Positions 27,215 to 27,456 of a stretch of 27,456 nt of DNA are shown piece by piece (position 1 is the stretch's first letter; the number at the start of each line of letters is the position of its first letter). This stretch comes from a virus (lineage: Duplodnaviria; Caudoviricetes), in the IMG/VR virus record IMGVR_UViG_3300008255_000398, positions 1 through 27,456 of that record; one strand, written 5' to 3'. Below the pieces are notes generated by a model. It was not told the DNA's origin. It saw nothing but the letters and a program-made list of their open reading frames with translations, and did no database searches. A program made the position numbers and the translations under genes.

Positions 27215-27456
27215 ATGGCTTATAACATCACGGACGACATCTCAAGAATGCTCGAAATGGGACAGAGAGAAATATTTACAAAAAACTTTGATATGTACCC
27301 TACCGAATGGACTAGTTTTTGCACAAGGAAACAGGCCCGAAAAAGGTCTGAAACATACGATAGTATGGGTAACTTGAAGGCAGCTGAGATTAAACCAGAA
27401 GGTGGACCAATTAACTATGGTAAGGTATTACAGGCTTACCAATCAACTATAACAAA
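27215..27456 (+). CDS. Major capsid protein, N-terminal part (truncated by window)
   Basis: GGGAGGG RBS. MAYNITDDISRMLEMGQREIF...YPTEW...GNLKAAEIKPEGGPINY resembles HK97/Mu gpT-like capsid N-termini. Confidence 0.75.
   Translation, partial: MAYNITDDISRMLEMGQREIFTKNFDMYPTEWTSFCTRKQARKRSETYDSMGNLKAAEIKPEGGPINYGKVLQAYQSTIT

Overview
AT-rich segment of a tailed dsDNA phage or prophage, probably of a Bacillota (Clostridia-like) host, judged from GGAGG ribosome-binding sites and Gram-positive LexA boxes. From 1 to 5240 is a leftward array of small early-type genes, including a J-domain protein, separated by about 8 conserved covarying hairpins. From about 5.25 to 8.1 kb is a non-coding divergent control region with SOS boxes. 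The rightward arm holds small genes, a Cas12f/TnpB-family gene whose RuvC site looks dead, terS, an amidase, terL, a nonulosonic (sialic-like) acid synthesis/transfer cluster, portal, scaffold, decoration and the start of the major capsid gene. The main observation is downstream of the Cas12f gene: a tracrRNA-like structured RNA followed by a 1.77-kb array of about 77 copies of only TTGAAG, separated by variable spacers. A second, covarying copy of that RNA lies 8 kb away beside a conventional 29-nt-repeat mini-CRISPR whose repeats end in TTGGAG. The loop of each RNA covaries with its own repeat end (CTT/AAG versus CTC/GAG). This suggests a phage RNA-guided, non-cutting system whose CRISPR repeat has shrunk to a 6-nt handle. 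Counts and alignments were done by eye, and all functions are inferred.
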